In this document: positions 47,783-58,008 of the stretch, in pieces
Position numbering within the stretch: position 1 is the stretch's first letter
Layout: every line of letters begins with the position of its first letter
From: Vicugna vicugna
Taxonomy: Eukaryota
Assembly (NCBI GenBank): GCA_013265495.1
Contig: MU059330.1
Location: 14,021,980-14,085,979 of the forward strand
Length of the DNA stretch: 64,000 nucleotides
Direction of reading: 5' to 3'
Program-made: the position numbers and the translations under genes
The notes under the pieces: generated by a model
Database searches by the model: none
What the model saw: only the letters and a program-made list of their open reading frames with translations
Told to the model about the DNA's origin: nothing

Positions 47783-50700
47783 GTGAGTACACGGCCGGCC
47801 CCCGCGGCTGGCTGGCGGTGTCCACGGGACGCCCCGATGCCCTTGGCCTCCCTGAGTGTTCATTACTCAGTGTTCATGCCCAGCCGCCCGCAGCTTTCCT
47901 CCTCCACTGTCGTCTCATTGCTGTAAAAGCAACCAGCAGCATCGGGAAGATGTGCTCGGCTAGCCTGGGCCAAGTAAAGGCCAGAGTGTGCTTGGCTGCA
48001 CACTTTGTCTCCTGCTTTTGTTGAAGGACATTTCTGTTTGTCCAACATTTGGAAGGTGATTAATTGCCACTGAATCCTACAAATTGCACCCATTCCCGTC
48101 GGTCATTGGTCTCCCTAGGGGCCACGTCCGTGTGCATCCCCGATCTCAGGCAGCAGGGCCACGGTCAGAGCGCTGGCCTGCACAGACTGGAGGGTCTGGG
48201 GTGGAGCACCCTTGACTCTGCTGTCTGTCTGTGTAATGCCATTAAGGCTCTGATTCCATCCTGCCGAGCTGGGTGTGGCATCTGATCCTAGCTGTGTGCA
48301 CCTGATCTCGTAACATGCCTCCCATCACTTCCACGACGGCACGCATGCGGTTGCAACATCCTCAGTGTCTGTTCACACAGCTCCTGGCTTGTTTCAGGTT
48401 GCGGCAGCCTTGGCCCTCACCCCTGACTGCCTCCATCCCTCCACGTCTGCCCTTTCTCCTCTCGTCTCCCAGGCGGGGGCTGCCTCTGCGTTTGGCCACT
48501 GCAGTGCTGGGAGGGGCGCTTAGACCGTGTCCCCCGTGGGGAGCACGCAGCTACAGGGGGTTGGGGTGCTGCCTCTGCCCTGGTGTGACAGGTTCTAAAG
48601 GAAGCCCCACCTCCTCATGCGCGCCATCCCCTCTTCGGCACATCCCGTGGGCCTGTGCTGAGCAAAATCACGCATTCACCTCAACACACATGAATCAAAC
48701 TCAGCAAGGAACTCAGTCTGCCCACGCGCCCCGTGGAGTGTTAGGCACCAGGTGTCCAGGGGAACATGCCCCCTCCTTGGGCTCCCGCCCCCGGGGAGTC
48801 CATCACCCTTCCCTGAACCACACACCAGGACGCAGAGGAGCCAGAAATCAGGATACACTTGCCCCTGGGGAGACAGGGTGCTCGGGGTCACTCCCGATGA
48901 GCCTCTTGATAAAGAAACCATATCACAGAATCACAGGCCTGACAAGTTAGACGTAATGTTTTTTTTTAGTTTATGCTCAAATAAATTAACTATTAAATAT
49001 TTTAAAATATGTATTCTAAAGAAACTCTTATGACGCCCCACACTCTGTTAATGGAGATGCACCGTGTTCAGTGGAGAAGGGCAGATGGCCCGCCAGGTGC
49101 ACCCTGCCTCACAGCGCAGCAGGACTCTGGAAACACGGGGGTGGGCTGCCACCTCCCTGGCCCTCAGCCCCACCCAAAAATGTGCCTGGGAAGGGCCCAC
49201 ATCTGGGCGGGCCCCAGCGTCATCTCGCCCCTGTGGGATACTCAGAGAGCTCCCTGCGAGGCTCTGCCTTCTGTCCCCACTCGACCAGGCCTTAGTGCCC
49301 CAGGGGCGTCTTAGCAGCCACGGAAGGAAGGAAGCCTTCGAAGTCTCTGCTTCCTCGTTACCTGGCCGCACGCGGCGCTGCCGCGGCGACAAGGAGCTGC
49401 CGGCATCCCCGTCCCCCGGGACCTGTCGGCGGCTCCAGGACCCCCAGATGCCACATCCCGTGTGTAAACTGGTGGGGGCGGGGGTGTGGGCCCCTCAGGT
49501 GCCGAGGGCCACCTGCACCGCCAGAATGCGGGACGGCCCAGCCAGTCCTTGGGCTGGGGGCGCTTGGCGAGTTTCCCGTCGTGGATGTGCTGTCTAATCT
49601 CAGGGAAAAGCCGCTTGTCAGGGACTCTGACAAGCTGTGCAGAACGGCTGAGCTCTGACTCCATCTGACTTCAGGGCGGTGCCCGCCCTGACAGCAGTGG
49701 CCCCTCCTGCGGCAAAGATGTGTTGAGCTGAATTAAGCACCCCTGTGGGCGGCGTCACGCTTATAGCACCAGACGCAGGCCAGTGGGCAGAAACCACGTG
49801 GCACCGCATTAGCCACAAAGCTGGGGCACCCCAGGTCCAAGGAACTGAAGTTTGGGGTCGGTGCTGCATACGGACGCTCAGCATCGCCCTTCCACACACC
49901 GTGGTGTCCAGAGCCCTGGCCACCCAGTGACTCCCGTTAAAACTCCTGCTGGTGGCGGGGGGTGGGTATGCTCATCCCACAGGCTAAGGGAGGAGGCTGG
50001 GCTGAGGGTCTGGGTTCAGGAACCACATCACCCTACCCGCAGCCCCGCTGTCCTGTCCTGTCTCCTCCTTCCAGGTCCTGCTCAGCTGGCCCAGATGTCC
50101 CTTCTAGGAGGGGACAGATGGAAGGGCCCCACTCTGGTGGGGGGCGCTGCTCCCCGAGGACATGTGGCCACCCCTGTTTGTCGCTCAAGGGCGTGACGGC
50201 TCAGGGAGGACAAGACGCCCTCTGGTTGGGGGGGAGCTGCCTGCACCCTCTGACCTGGAGGGGGTTTGGAAGCGAGGTCGTTGCTGGTGTCTCGGCACGT
50301 TCCTCCCGTCCAGCCCTTGTGGGTTTACCCGCAGGAAGGTGCGACGCAGTGCGCCCTCCCTCCATTCCCAGCCCTCGGCACTCGCTTGGTCAGAGTGTCC
50401 GTAATCCGCCTGCCAGGCTGGCAGGGGCAGGGGCGGCAGGGGGCGCTCGAGCCTGGAGTGCGAGACCCAAAGACTGCTCAGCCGGTGTCTTCATGCATTT
50501 GTGGACGTTAGTCTTGCCTTTAAACGCAGCCTCCCTCCTGATGCCAGGTCCTCTGGTTCTTTCTCAAGGTCAAGCGTTGATAGCCGCCCCCTCACAGCAC
50601 CCCACCCCCAGCCCTTTAAACCCAGGGGCTGCACCGTGCAAGGCCGCCCACGTCTCGACTGCCCCTCCGCGTCTCAGCCGCCGGGTGGTTCCCATTCTTG

Positions 50701-51150
50701 GGAAACTGGTTCTTTTCATGACTTCACTTCTACTCTAGACACGACCTGTATTATCAATTTTTCTTTTAATGTTTAACCAAAGTAAGTTTTACGGAGGCTA
50801 CAAACTTAACACAAGGAAACCTCAGCAGAAGTGTTGTTCACGACGCAGGTAAATAACTCGGGTCCCACAGAAGGAGGAGCTTCCTTTTTAAAACGCACCC
50901 ATTCTCGTGAACAAACTGCTCGTCGATGCCAGGAGGGTCCCAGAGCGGGGGGGGACACTTAGGTTGGCAGACGTCACGGCCACAGGGAATTCTGCCATCA
51001 AAGCTGAGCCCGGAGAGACCGCGTGGAGGGTCGCGGGAATCGGGGCCTGTGTGTGTGAGGTCCTCCTGGCTCTGCTGCCCCGAGGGCCAAGGGGACAGTG
51101 GGGGCAGCTGCGTGCAGGGCAGCTAGCGGGGGCGCCCTCCTCTCTTGCAG

Positions 51151-51276
51151 GGCCCTGGGCGTGTCCGTAACTGACTACACGTTTGAAGACTGCCAGCTGG
51201 CCCTAGCGGAAGGCCAGCTCCGCCTGCCCGAGGACACCTGCCTTCTAGAGTTTGCCAGGCTGGTGAGGGGCCTGGG
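51151..51276 (+). CDS. LPCAT1: LPCAT1 exon 10 (ALGVSVTDYTFEDCQLALAEGQLRLPEDTCLLEFARLVRGLG)
   Basis: Acceptor tctcttgcag|G, donor GG|GTGAGT, 126 nt. Confidence 0.97.
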
Positions 51277-51894
51277 GTGAGTTCCCGGTTATCCTTCCTC
51301 CTGAGGGCTTCAGGGGGAACGGTGGGCCCTGGAAGGCGGTGCCAGGTGGGGGCTGTGGGCACTTGCGACAAAAAAGCAAGATTGTTCAGCATAGGGGACA
51401 GCCTGAAAGTGCCACTGAGAGGCCTCTCGCCAGCCCAGAAGCTTCGTCAGGCCCCCGCAGGGTCCCCGCCGGGCACTCGGGGACCGAGCTGGAGGCACAG
51501 GCAGCAGGCGATGGGGAGGTACTTGGTGGTGCTTCTTCTGAGGTTTGGGGTTTTTCTTTTTTCAAACACCAACTTCATTCGACGCAGAAGTAAGCGTCTT
51601 GAACCCCTAATGGTCGGCACCGCCGTCTCTTTTTGGATGCCTGAACCCCCGCCCCGCCAGGACCGTCCGGGTTCACAGACGGACCTGCCAGAGGGTGGGG
51701 CCCACACACCTGAGTGTCAGTGCGTGTGCAGACGCTCACGCCGGACACACCGGACACGCCGTGCCCAGACCAGCCGTCGTCTTGAAGGCTGGCTGCCGTC
51801 AGTCTCTAATTCTAGTATCTTTTGGCTCTTCAAACATAGCGGTACATCTCCCTCATTTAGCATTCTTTAAATCTTTCCCTTGTTTTCTGTGTAG

Positions 51895-52048
51895 GCTAAA
51901 ACCAGAAAAACTTGACCGAGCTCTGGACAGACACGCGGAACGTGCTGGGGCGAAGCCGGGCGGGAGGGTGACGCTCCCCGAGTTCGCCGCGCAGCTGGGG
52001 GTCCCCGTGTCGGAGGCGCTGGAGGACCTGTTCTCCCTGTTTGACGAG
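51895..52048 (+). CDS. LPCAT1: LPCAT1 exon 11 (LKPEKLDRALDRHAERAGAKPGGRVTLPEFAAQLGVPVSEALEDLFSLFDE)
   Basis: Acceptor ttttctgtgtag|G, donor GAG|GTGGGG, 154 nt. Confidence 0.96.
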
Positions 52049-53034
52049 GTGGGGCCCTGGGCTGGGGGCAGCTATGTGCCCCAGGACGGGTGCATGCTGC
52101 AGGCGACCCCAGAAGCGGAGGGGGATGACCCCCCCCGCCGCCCCCCAGCCACCCTGTCTTTGGGGTGTTTCCTCCATGCTTTTAAATGCACATAGAATTT
52201 TGGCTTTTAAATCAACGTTTGCTGATAAACATGCTTGTAGTTTGGGTTTTTTAAAGACGGTGGCTAAAGGCCTGTGACATCGCACAGCCACGCTGGCCTG
52301 GCCCGCGGCCCCTGCCCCAGAGGCCTCTGCCCACCCTGTGTGGCCAGTCTGCAGAATTTCTGAACAGCGGCCTCCTCTCCTGAATGGCCAGGGGTCCCCT
52401 CAGCCTCTTGTCTGGTGCGTGGGCTTCTCCCTGGCACAGCACTCAGGCCCTCCTGCACCCGCACTTCGGCAGGGAGACACACTCTGGCTGAGCAAGGAGG
52501 CAGCGTTCACAGCCCCTCGGCCCTCAGGGCCCCGGGAGGAGCGGGCAGACACGGGGCCAGCCTGTCAGGACCACGACTCCCGCACACGCGTCACCGCACA
52601 GACACACGTGCTGAGCCCTGCAGGAGCCGACCCGCGGCAGGGGGTGTGGCGGGCTCCTCCGGCCGTGACTGTCCCACGTTAACAGCACAGCGTGTCCCAG
52701 GCGACAGTGTTGTGTGTTCAGAGTGACAACACAGCGTGTGCCGTGGGACCACAGGAGCAGCCGCAGTGGCCTGTGGTAGAACTGAGGCGGGTGGGGTGGC
52801 CGCTGGCACAGGAGACCCCCCAAGAGTTTGCAGACTGTGCAGGAAGCTTCAGCCACCTTGGAGAAACAGTTGGTTGTGAACATTCTTCCAAAACACTCTT
52901 CACTCATTTGTTGGCAAATGCCCTCAAGTCAGAGTGGCCCTAACCTCTTAGCTAACAGCCAGCGATGGCGCTGAGCCCAGCTGCCCGTGCCCGCGCGGGT
53001 GGCGGGGCTGGCGCCTGACGGTGTCTCTCCGCAG

Positions 53035-53133
53035 GGCGGAGGCGGCGAGATAGACCTGCGGGAGTACGTGGTCGCCTTGTCCGTCGTGTGCCGGCCGTCC
53101 CAGACCCTGGACACCGTCCGGCTGGCATTCCAG
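53035..53133 (+). CDS. LPCAT1: LPCAT1 exon 12 (GGGGEIDLREYVVALSVVCRPSQTLDTVRLAFQ), ends at a non-canonical GC donor
   Basis: Acceptor tctctccgcag|G. The only frame-preserving donor at the homologous position is CAG|GCAAGT (53134). 99 nt. Confidence 0.93.
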
Positions 53134-55818
53134 GCAAGTGCGGCGCTGACGTGAGTTGCATGTGCAGGGACGGGCTTGTGGTGCGTCTGTAGTCCCTGTG
53201 ACACTGGCACACGGGTTATTTGCCCCACTGCTGTTTTCACGGAAGCATCTACGGACCGTTGTTTGTGAAAGTGCCCGCGAACCTCTAGGCAATCTCTTCC
53301 TGGAATCGGTGGTCCATGCTTGGAAGGAGGGCTTGGAGGAGGGTCTTCCTGAGTCCAGGGCGTCTGAGTGGGACTGGTGGGTACCACACACCACCGTGTG
53401 CGGTCCCGCATCTATCAGCTCTTCCAACATAGCCTCCCCGTTAGCCATTGATGGAGGAAAGCAGGGCTTAGGGAGTTAAGGTGCTGCCTGCCCCAGCGGA
53501 GCCGAGCCAGGCCCTTCACCATGGGCGCAGAGAGTCTGGGAGCCGGAAGGCCCGTGACGGGGTCCCAGCCCACCTGCAGATTCACCTGGCTGCCCTGAAG
53601 GCTGGGCTTGCCAGGTCAGTGACTTAAGATGGAACTGGGCAGCCTTTGTCCGCCAAGAGACACGAGTCTGCCAGGGTCTCACTGTGGATTTGTCTCCCAA
53701 GTACAACTCACATTAGCCTGACTCATGAGAACCTGATGTGTAAGTCAGGAAGCGACTGTCACTCACTGCGTGGAGAACCCCCGTCTCTCACTCCTGACCC
53801 AGCAGACCCTCTCCCTGGCACACCAGGAGAACCCTCCACACTGCAGGGTGGCTTCTGTGAGTCATGCCAGGGGAATTAGCCGGGTGGGTCAATCCTTGGT
53901 AGTGCCCTGCCCGAGGAAGCCTGGCCCCTTCCTCCAGCTGGGCAGGGATCTCCCAAGGCTGCCAGTGGTTCATCACCCTGTGGGGGCTTGCCTACGCCAC
54001 ACCCCATCTGGTGGCCCCACGGGCGGTGTTTCTGTTGTCACCAGTGGGATCTGCTTCAATGACAGTGGCTGGCGGCTTGTTTCTCAGTAAACAACCGACT
54101 GTGGGCCTGACCTTTCTCAGGAGGCGCTGCCCAGCTCCCACCTGAGGGCAGGCGGAGGGGGCTGCAGGGGAGGACGGCCCCGCCCAACGGGGCGGAGAGC
54201 GCGGCCAGCGCGTCCCCTCAACAACCTTCCCTGTGGGGCTCACGCCGAGGTTACCAGCACACGCTGCCCCGGCTGAGCTGGGGAAGCACCTGGGCGCCCC
54301 CCGCAACGCAGCGTGTTCTGCCGTGTGGACGCCCTGCCCGGCGTGAGGTTGAGGTCTCAGGGGCTCCTGGCCTCCCCGTCACAGTGAGGAGCCTCTTTCT
54401 GTCCCTGCCTGCAGCCCCGGACAACCGAGTCCCCAGGCACATCGGGGCGGGGCGCCCCCGGGACCTGGTGGGGGGAGGGAGGTGACGTCGGTGTCGCCCT
54501 GCAGAGGACGTGCGCCCGAGGCCTCCTCGTTTCACAGTTAAAGCCCCTCCTGGGCTGGCAGTGAGGACACGCCACACGTGCGGGGTGCTTAGCTCCTGAG
54601 ATGTGCGCCTGCCCCGGGGCATCCCCGAGGAGCTCGCAGACTTCCGGGCCTTTGTTTCTGCCTCCTGTTGCTCCTGCTCGAGGGACTAGTAGTGCTGGTG
54701 TTGTCAGTGCCCGCGCCGCCGCTGCCCCGTACAACCGCGGCGTCCGCGCGTGATGGGTCCTGAGCGTCTGCCTCCCCGTCAGCAGCCCAGTCCCTCCTGA
54801 CGTGGCCCAGACAGACTTCAGAATCACCTTCTGGATGGAGAAATAGAAGTCCTCTCCTCTGAATGTTACAGCGTCAGACTCCAGGGCAGGCGCCTGGCGG
54901 GCCACCTGCCCGTCAGCACGGGTCGGGGAGGCGCCCGGACTGGGCTGCAGGCCTGGCCGGGGAGGCTGAGTGGAAGGGCGTGACCGGGGGCTCTGGAATG
55001 TCCCAGAGGGCTCAGTCTCCAGATGCAGTGTTCAGCAAGTCTAAAGACAGGAGAGAAATGCGGCTGAAGAGGGCCCGGGGCTGCCAGCTCCACAGACGGT
55101 GCGACCTGAGGCCAGGGGCGCGAGGGAGGGCCTGGTGACACAGACGCAGGCAGGGAGCGGGAAGTAGGTGGCCACTGCCAACACGGGCAGCTAAGCAGAA
55201 GCCACTGGAAAGGGCGCGGTCAGCAGGCCCGTGCCTCCTGAAGGCCGAGCGGTGGTGGCCAGTTTGTGCCATTGAGCAAAAGGCCCCGAGAGCCCACGTG
55301 TGCCTGGCAGGGCTCAGGGCGCTGCCCGGTGGGAGGACAGGCACCCCCACCCCGGAGCCCACCTCCAGGTGGGAGGGCAGCGCGAATGCTCCAGACGGCT
55401 CAGGGTCGAAGGAGCAGCTTGATCGGGGGTCCCCGGGTCTCAGCACCCATGGGAGGCAGGCGGAGGTTGGAGCCACGGAGCCGGGGAGGGAAGCCCGCAG
55501 ACGGGGAGCAGGGCGTGTGGGGGCCAGCCCCCCACCTCCTGCAGCCCCGATCAAGCTTGGAAGTGGCAGGGCGCTGCCCGCAGACCTGGGCAGGAGGAGG
55601 AGGAAGTTCAGAAGTTGGGGCAGCAGGACATAAGGGGCTTGTGTGCTGGTCTCAGCCCATAAGGGGCCGTGCTGGGGCTGCACCGGCCCCGGCGGTTCCT
55701 GTTATGACTGAAGGATGCCCTCAGCAACCTCCAGGGGACCTTGTAAACCTGGTTCGTTACTCACAGGTCCTGGAGGGTACACGGCACAGCGAGGTCACAG
55801 CTGGGTGGTGCGGGGAGT

Positions 55819-56070
55819 ATGGGCCTGGGGCTCCGCCTTTACGGGGGGCGAGGGTGTGGTGGGTTCACTCTTTATCGGTGAATTTAAGGTGTAAGTGTGG
55901 GAGCTATGGGGCAGGAAGGGGGAGGAGGGGTCACTGAACGGGATGGGCCTGGGGCTCCGCCTTTACGGGGGGCGAGGGTGTGGCAGGTTTGCTCTTTATA
56001 GGTGATATCGGTGAATGTAAAGCGTAAGAGGAGGAATTAAGGGGTGGGAAGGGAGAAGGGGGTCGCTGAA
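55819..56070 (+). repeat. Two-copy tandem repeat, period 124 bp, intron 12
   Basis: Identical 41-mer atgggcctggggctccgcctttacggggggcgagggtgtgg at 55819 and 55943; the remainders are diverged but alignable. Confidence 0.9.
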
Positions 56071-56452
56071 GCAGTCAGTTATCTGGGTCCTGAACGGGGG
56101 ACCCCATGGGGGTGGCCTGGCCCCTCACCCAGCGGTTTTAGGGGTGACTGCATCTCATGGCTGCAGGGTGTTCACCCAGGTGGACGTCTGTGAATGGACC
56201 GAGCTCCTCACCACGATGTGTGCAGCACCCTTTCTTAGTGAATAAGACTTAGGACAGGAATTTAGAGCTGCCGACTGCTCCCTGCCCCGGGGGCCCCATC
56301 GAGGAGTGGAGTCCTGCTGCTCTGACCCATGGGCTCAGCGCCACCGGAGAGCTGGGAAGGCCGTGCGGAGGGACAGCGGGCGCCCCGGACTCCTGGGGCT
56401 GGGGGGCGATGGACAGAGTGGGCCGTGGGGTGACGCAGCCTCTGCCTCACAG

Positions 56453-56591
56453 ATGTACGGGTCCCGGGACGGCAGCATCGACCAGGGCGCCCTGTCGTGC
56501 ATCCTCAGGACTGCCTTGGGGGTGGCTGAGCTGAGCGTGGCCGAGCTTTTCCATGCCATCGACCAAGAGGAGACGGGGAAGATCACGTTTG
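56453..56591 (+). CDS. LPCAT1: LPCAT1 exon 13 (MYGSRDGSIDQGALSCILRTALGVAELSVAELFHAIDQEETGKITF)
   Basis: Acceptor tctgcctcacag|A, donor G|GTGAGT, 139 nt; second EF-hand-like loop DQEETGKITFAD spans into exon 14. Confidence 0.96.
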
Positions 56592-57823
56592 GTGAGTGGC
56601 CGGGAGCAGGGAGGACGCCCCCGTGCATGAGGGGGAAACACTATTGTCCCGAACGAGGACATTCAAGGAAGGCCCTTCCCAAGCCTGGGCAGGGGGAGGG
56701 GGCTGGGGCTCCCAGTCTTGTTTCTGCAGGTGATCAGTGGAAGCAAGTTCCGAGCCCAGAACCCCCACGTAGACGCATCCCGACCCTGGGCCACGGTCGG
56801 CGGGGTCAGGCTCCCCGGTGGGGGAGGGAATCTATGCCAGCCCAGCGGGGCTGATCCTGGGGGCGTCTCCTGGGGGGTGGGTTGATGGCTTTGGAAATTG
56901 TCACCACAGAAAGCAGGGCGGCCGGGGTCCTTGGGGACCAGGGCTGAGACCTGTCTGGGGCTGAGGCAGGGAGGGGTGGGCAGCAGCACCCCCAGAAGGC
57001 GGCCCCACCCAGCACGCCAGCCGGCGTGCACATCTGAAGATGAACGCGTAATCTCCCTGAAATAAGAGACGTTTGCTCAGGAAAGGTCACTGTTCGCATC
57101 GTGTTTGGATGTGCTTTTAAATTGCATCCAAATGTCAGGCACGAGTGTTGGTTTAGGGGGGTGTGTGTATGTGTGTGTGTCAGCATCATGGGGGGGCAGG
57201 CCTCCCAGGGAGCCAGGTACGGCCGCTCACAGTGAGCCCTGACCAACGGCAGCCATTCCCGGGGGACACTGGTCCCGCTTCCCAAGGGAACACAGGCGCA
57301 TCTCCTACAGCCACCTGGAGCCCACTGTGCCCTGCGCCTGGGCCTCTGAGCATCACCAAGCCCTTGGGGGGTGCTCTCACCCTGACACCAGGCCCGTGGC
57401 CACCAGGAGACACACGGGGGCAAAGGCTGCATGACAGCAGGGTGGCCCTCCATGCACCTGGCCTCCCCAGAGCACAGCCGCGTCCACCCACGCGCCTGCC
57501 TGGTGAGCAGTCAGGCCACCCGAGGATGCCTCTCCTCGCGTCTAAACCAGCGCTTGGGCGGAGGCCCCTTCCACGCCCAGCACCCAGAAAGCACCCGACC
57601 CGAACCTTCAGTTTCCCCGAAGCGGGAAGAGCCAAAAGGCCCGGCAGGTGCCCTGGTTCTCACAGCGGCTGCTGTGCGACAGAGGAAAACCGAAGTGGCG
57701 TGCGGGCCTCCGACACCCGCAGAGACGGCCTGCCGCCCCTGGGGGTGGGGAGACACCCGGGAAGACCCCAGACTCCAGGCCTTCGCCCCGTGGGCCATAA
57801 CCAAGGTGCCTTTGTCTTTCCAG

Positions 57824-58008
57824 CCGACTTCGAGAGGTTTGCGGAAACGTACCCCGACTTTGCAGAGGAATACCTGTACCCCGACCAGACGCGCTTCCAG
57901 AGCGGCGCACAGACGCCCCCAGCCCTGACCGCCAACGGCTTCTGCACTGACTTCAGCCCCGAAAACGCGGGCATCGGGCCCGAGCCTTTGTGTAAGAAAC
58001 TGGACTAG
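57824..58008 (+). CDS. LPCAT1: LPCAT1 exon 14 coding part (ADFERFAETYPDFAEEYLYPDQ...PEPLCKKLD*)
   Basis: Acceptor tttgtctttccag|C, TAG at 58006-58008, C-terminal KKLD. Confidence 0.97.

Larger units (their letters stand above)
17044..58008 (+). other. LPCAT1: LPCAT1 gene span, start codon to stop codon; 14 coding exons, 1602 nt CDS, 533 aa
   Basis: The exons below splice in frame with matching phases (135+143+215+113+61+59+35+55+83+126+154+99+139+185=1602). The product has the acyltransferase motifs HSSYFD, FVSR, FPEGT and QPVVLRY, EF-hand-like C-terminal loops and a terminal KKLD dilysine ER-retrieval motif, matching the LPCAT1 sequence as I recall it. Confidence 0.98.

Noticed and set aside
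48880-49060. AT-rich patch possibly a hAT/MER DNA-transposon remnant
   Set aside because: No terminal inverted repeats or family could be identified by eye.
57163-57823. 5' part of the 281-aa ORF 57163..58008 as an extended last exon
   Set aside because: Homology starts only after the acceptor at 57823; the upstream part is intronic read-through.
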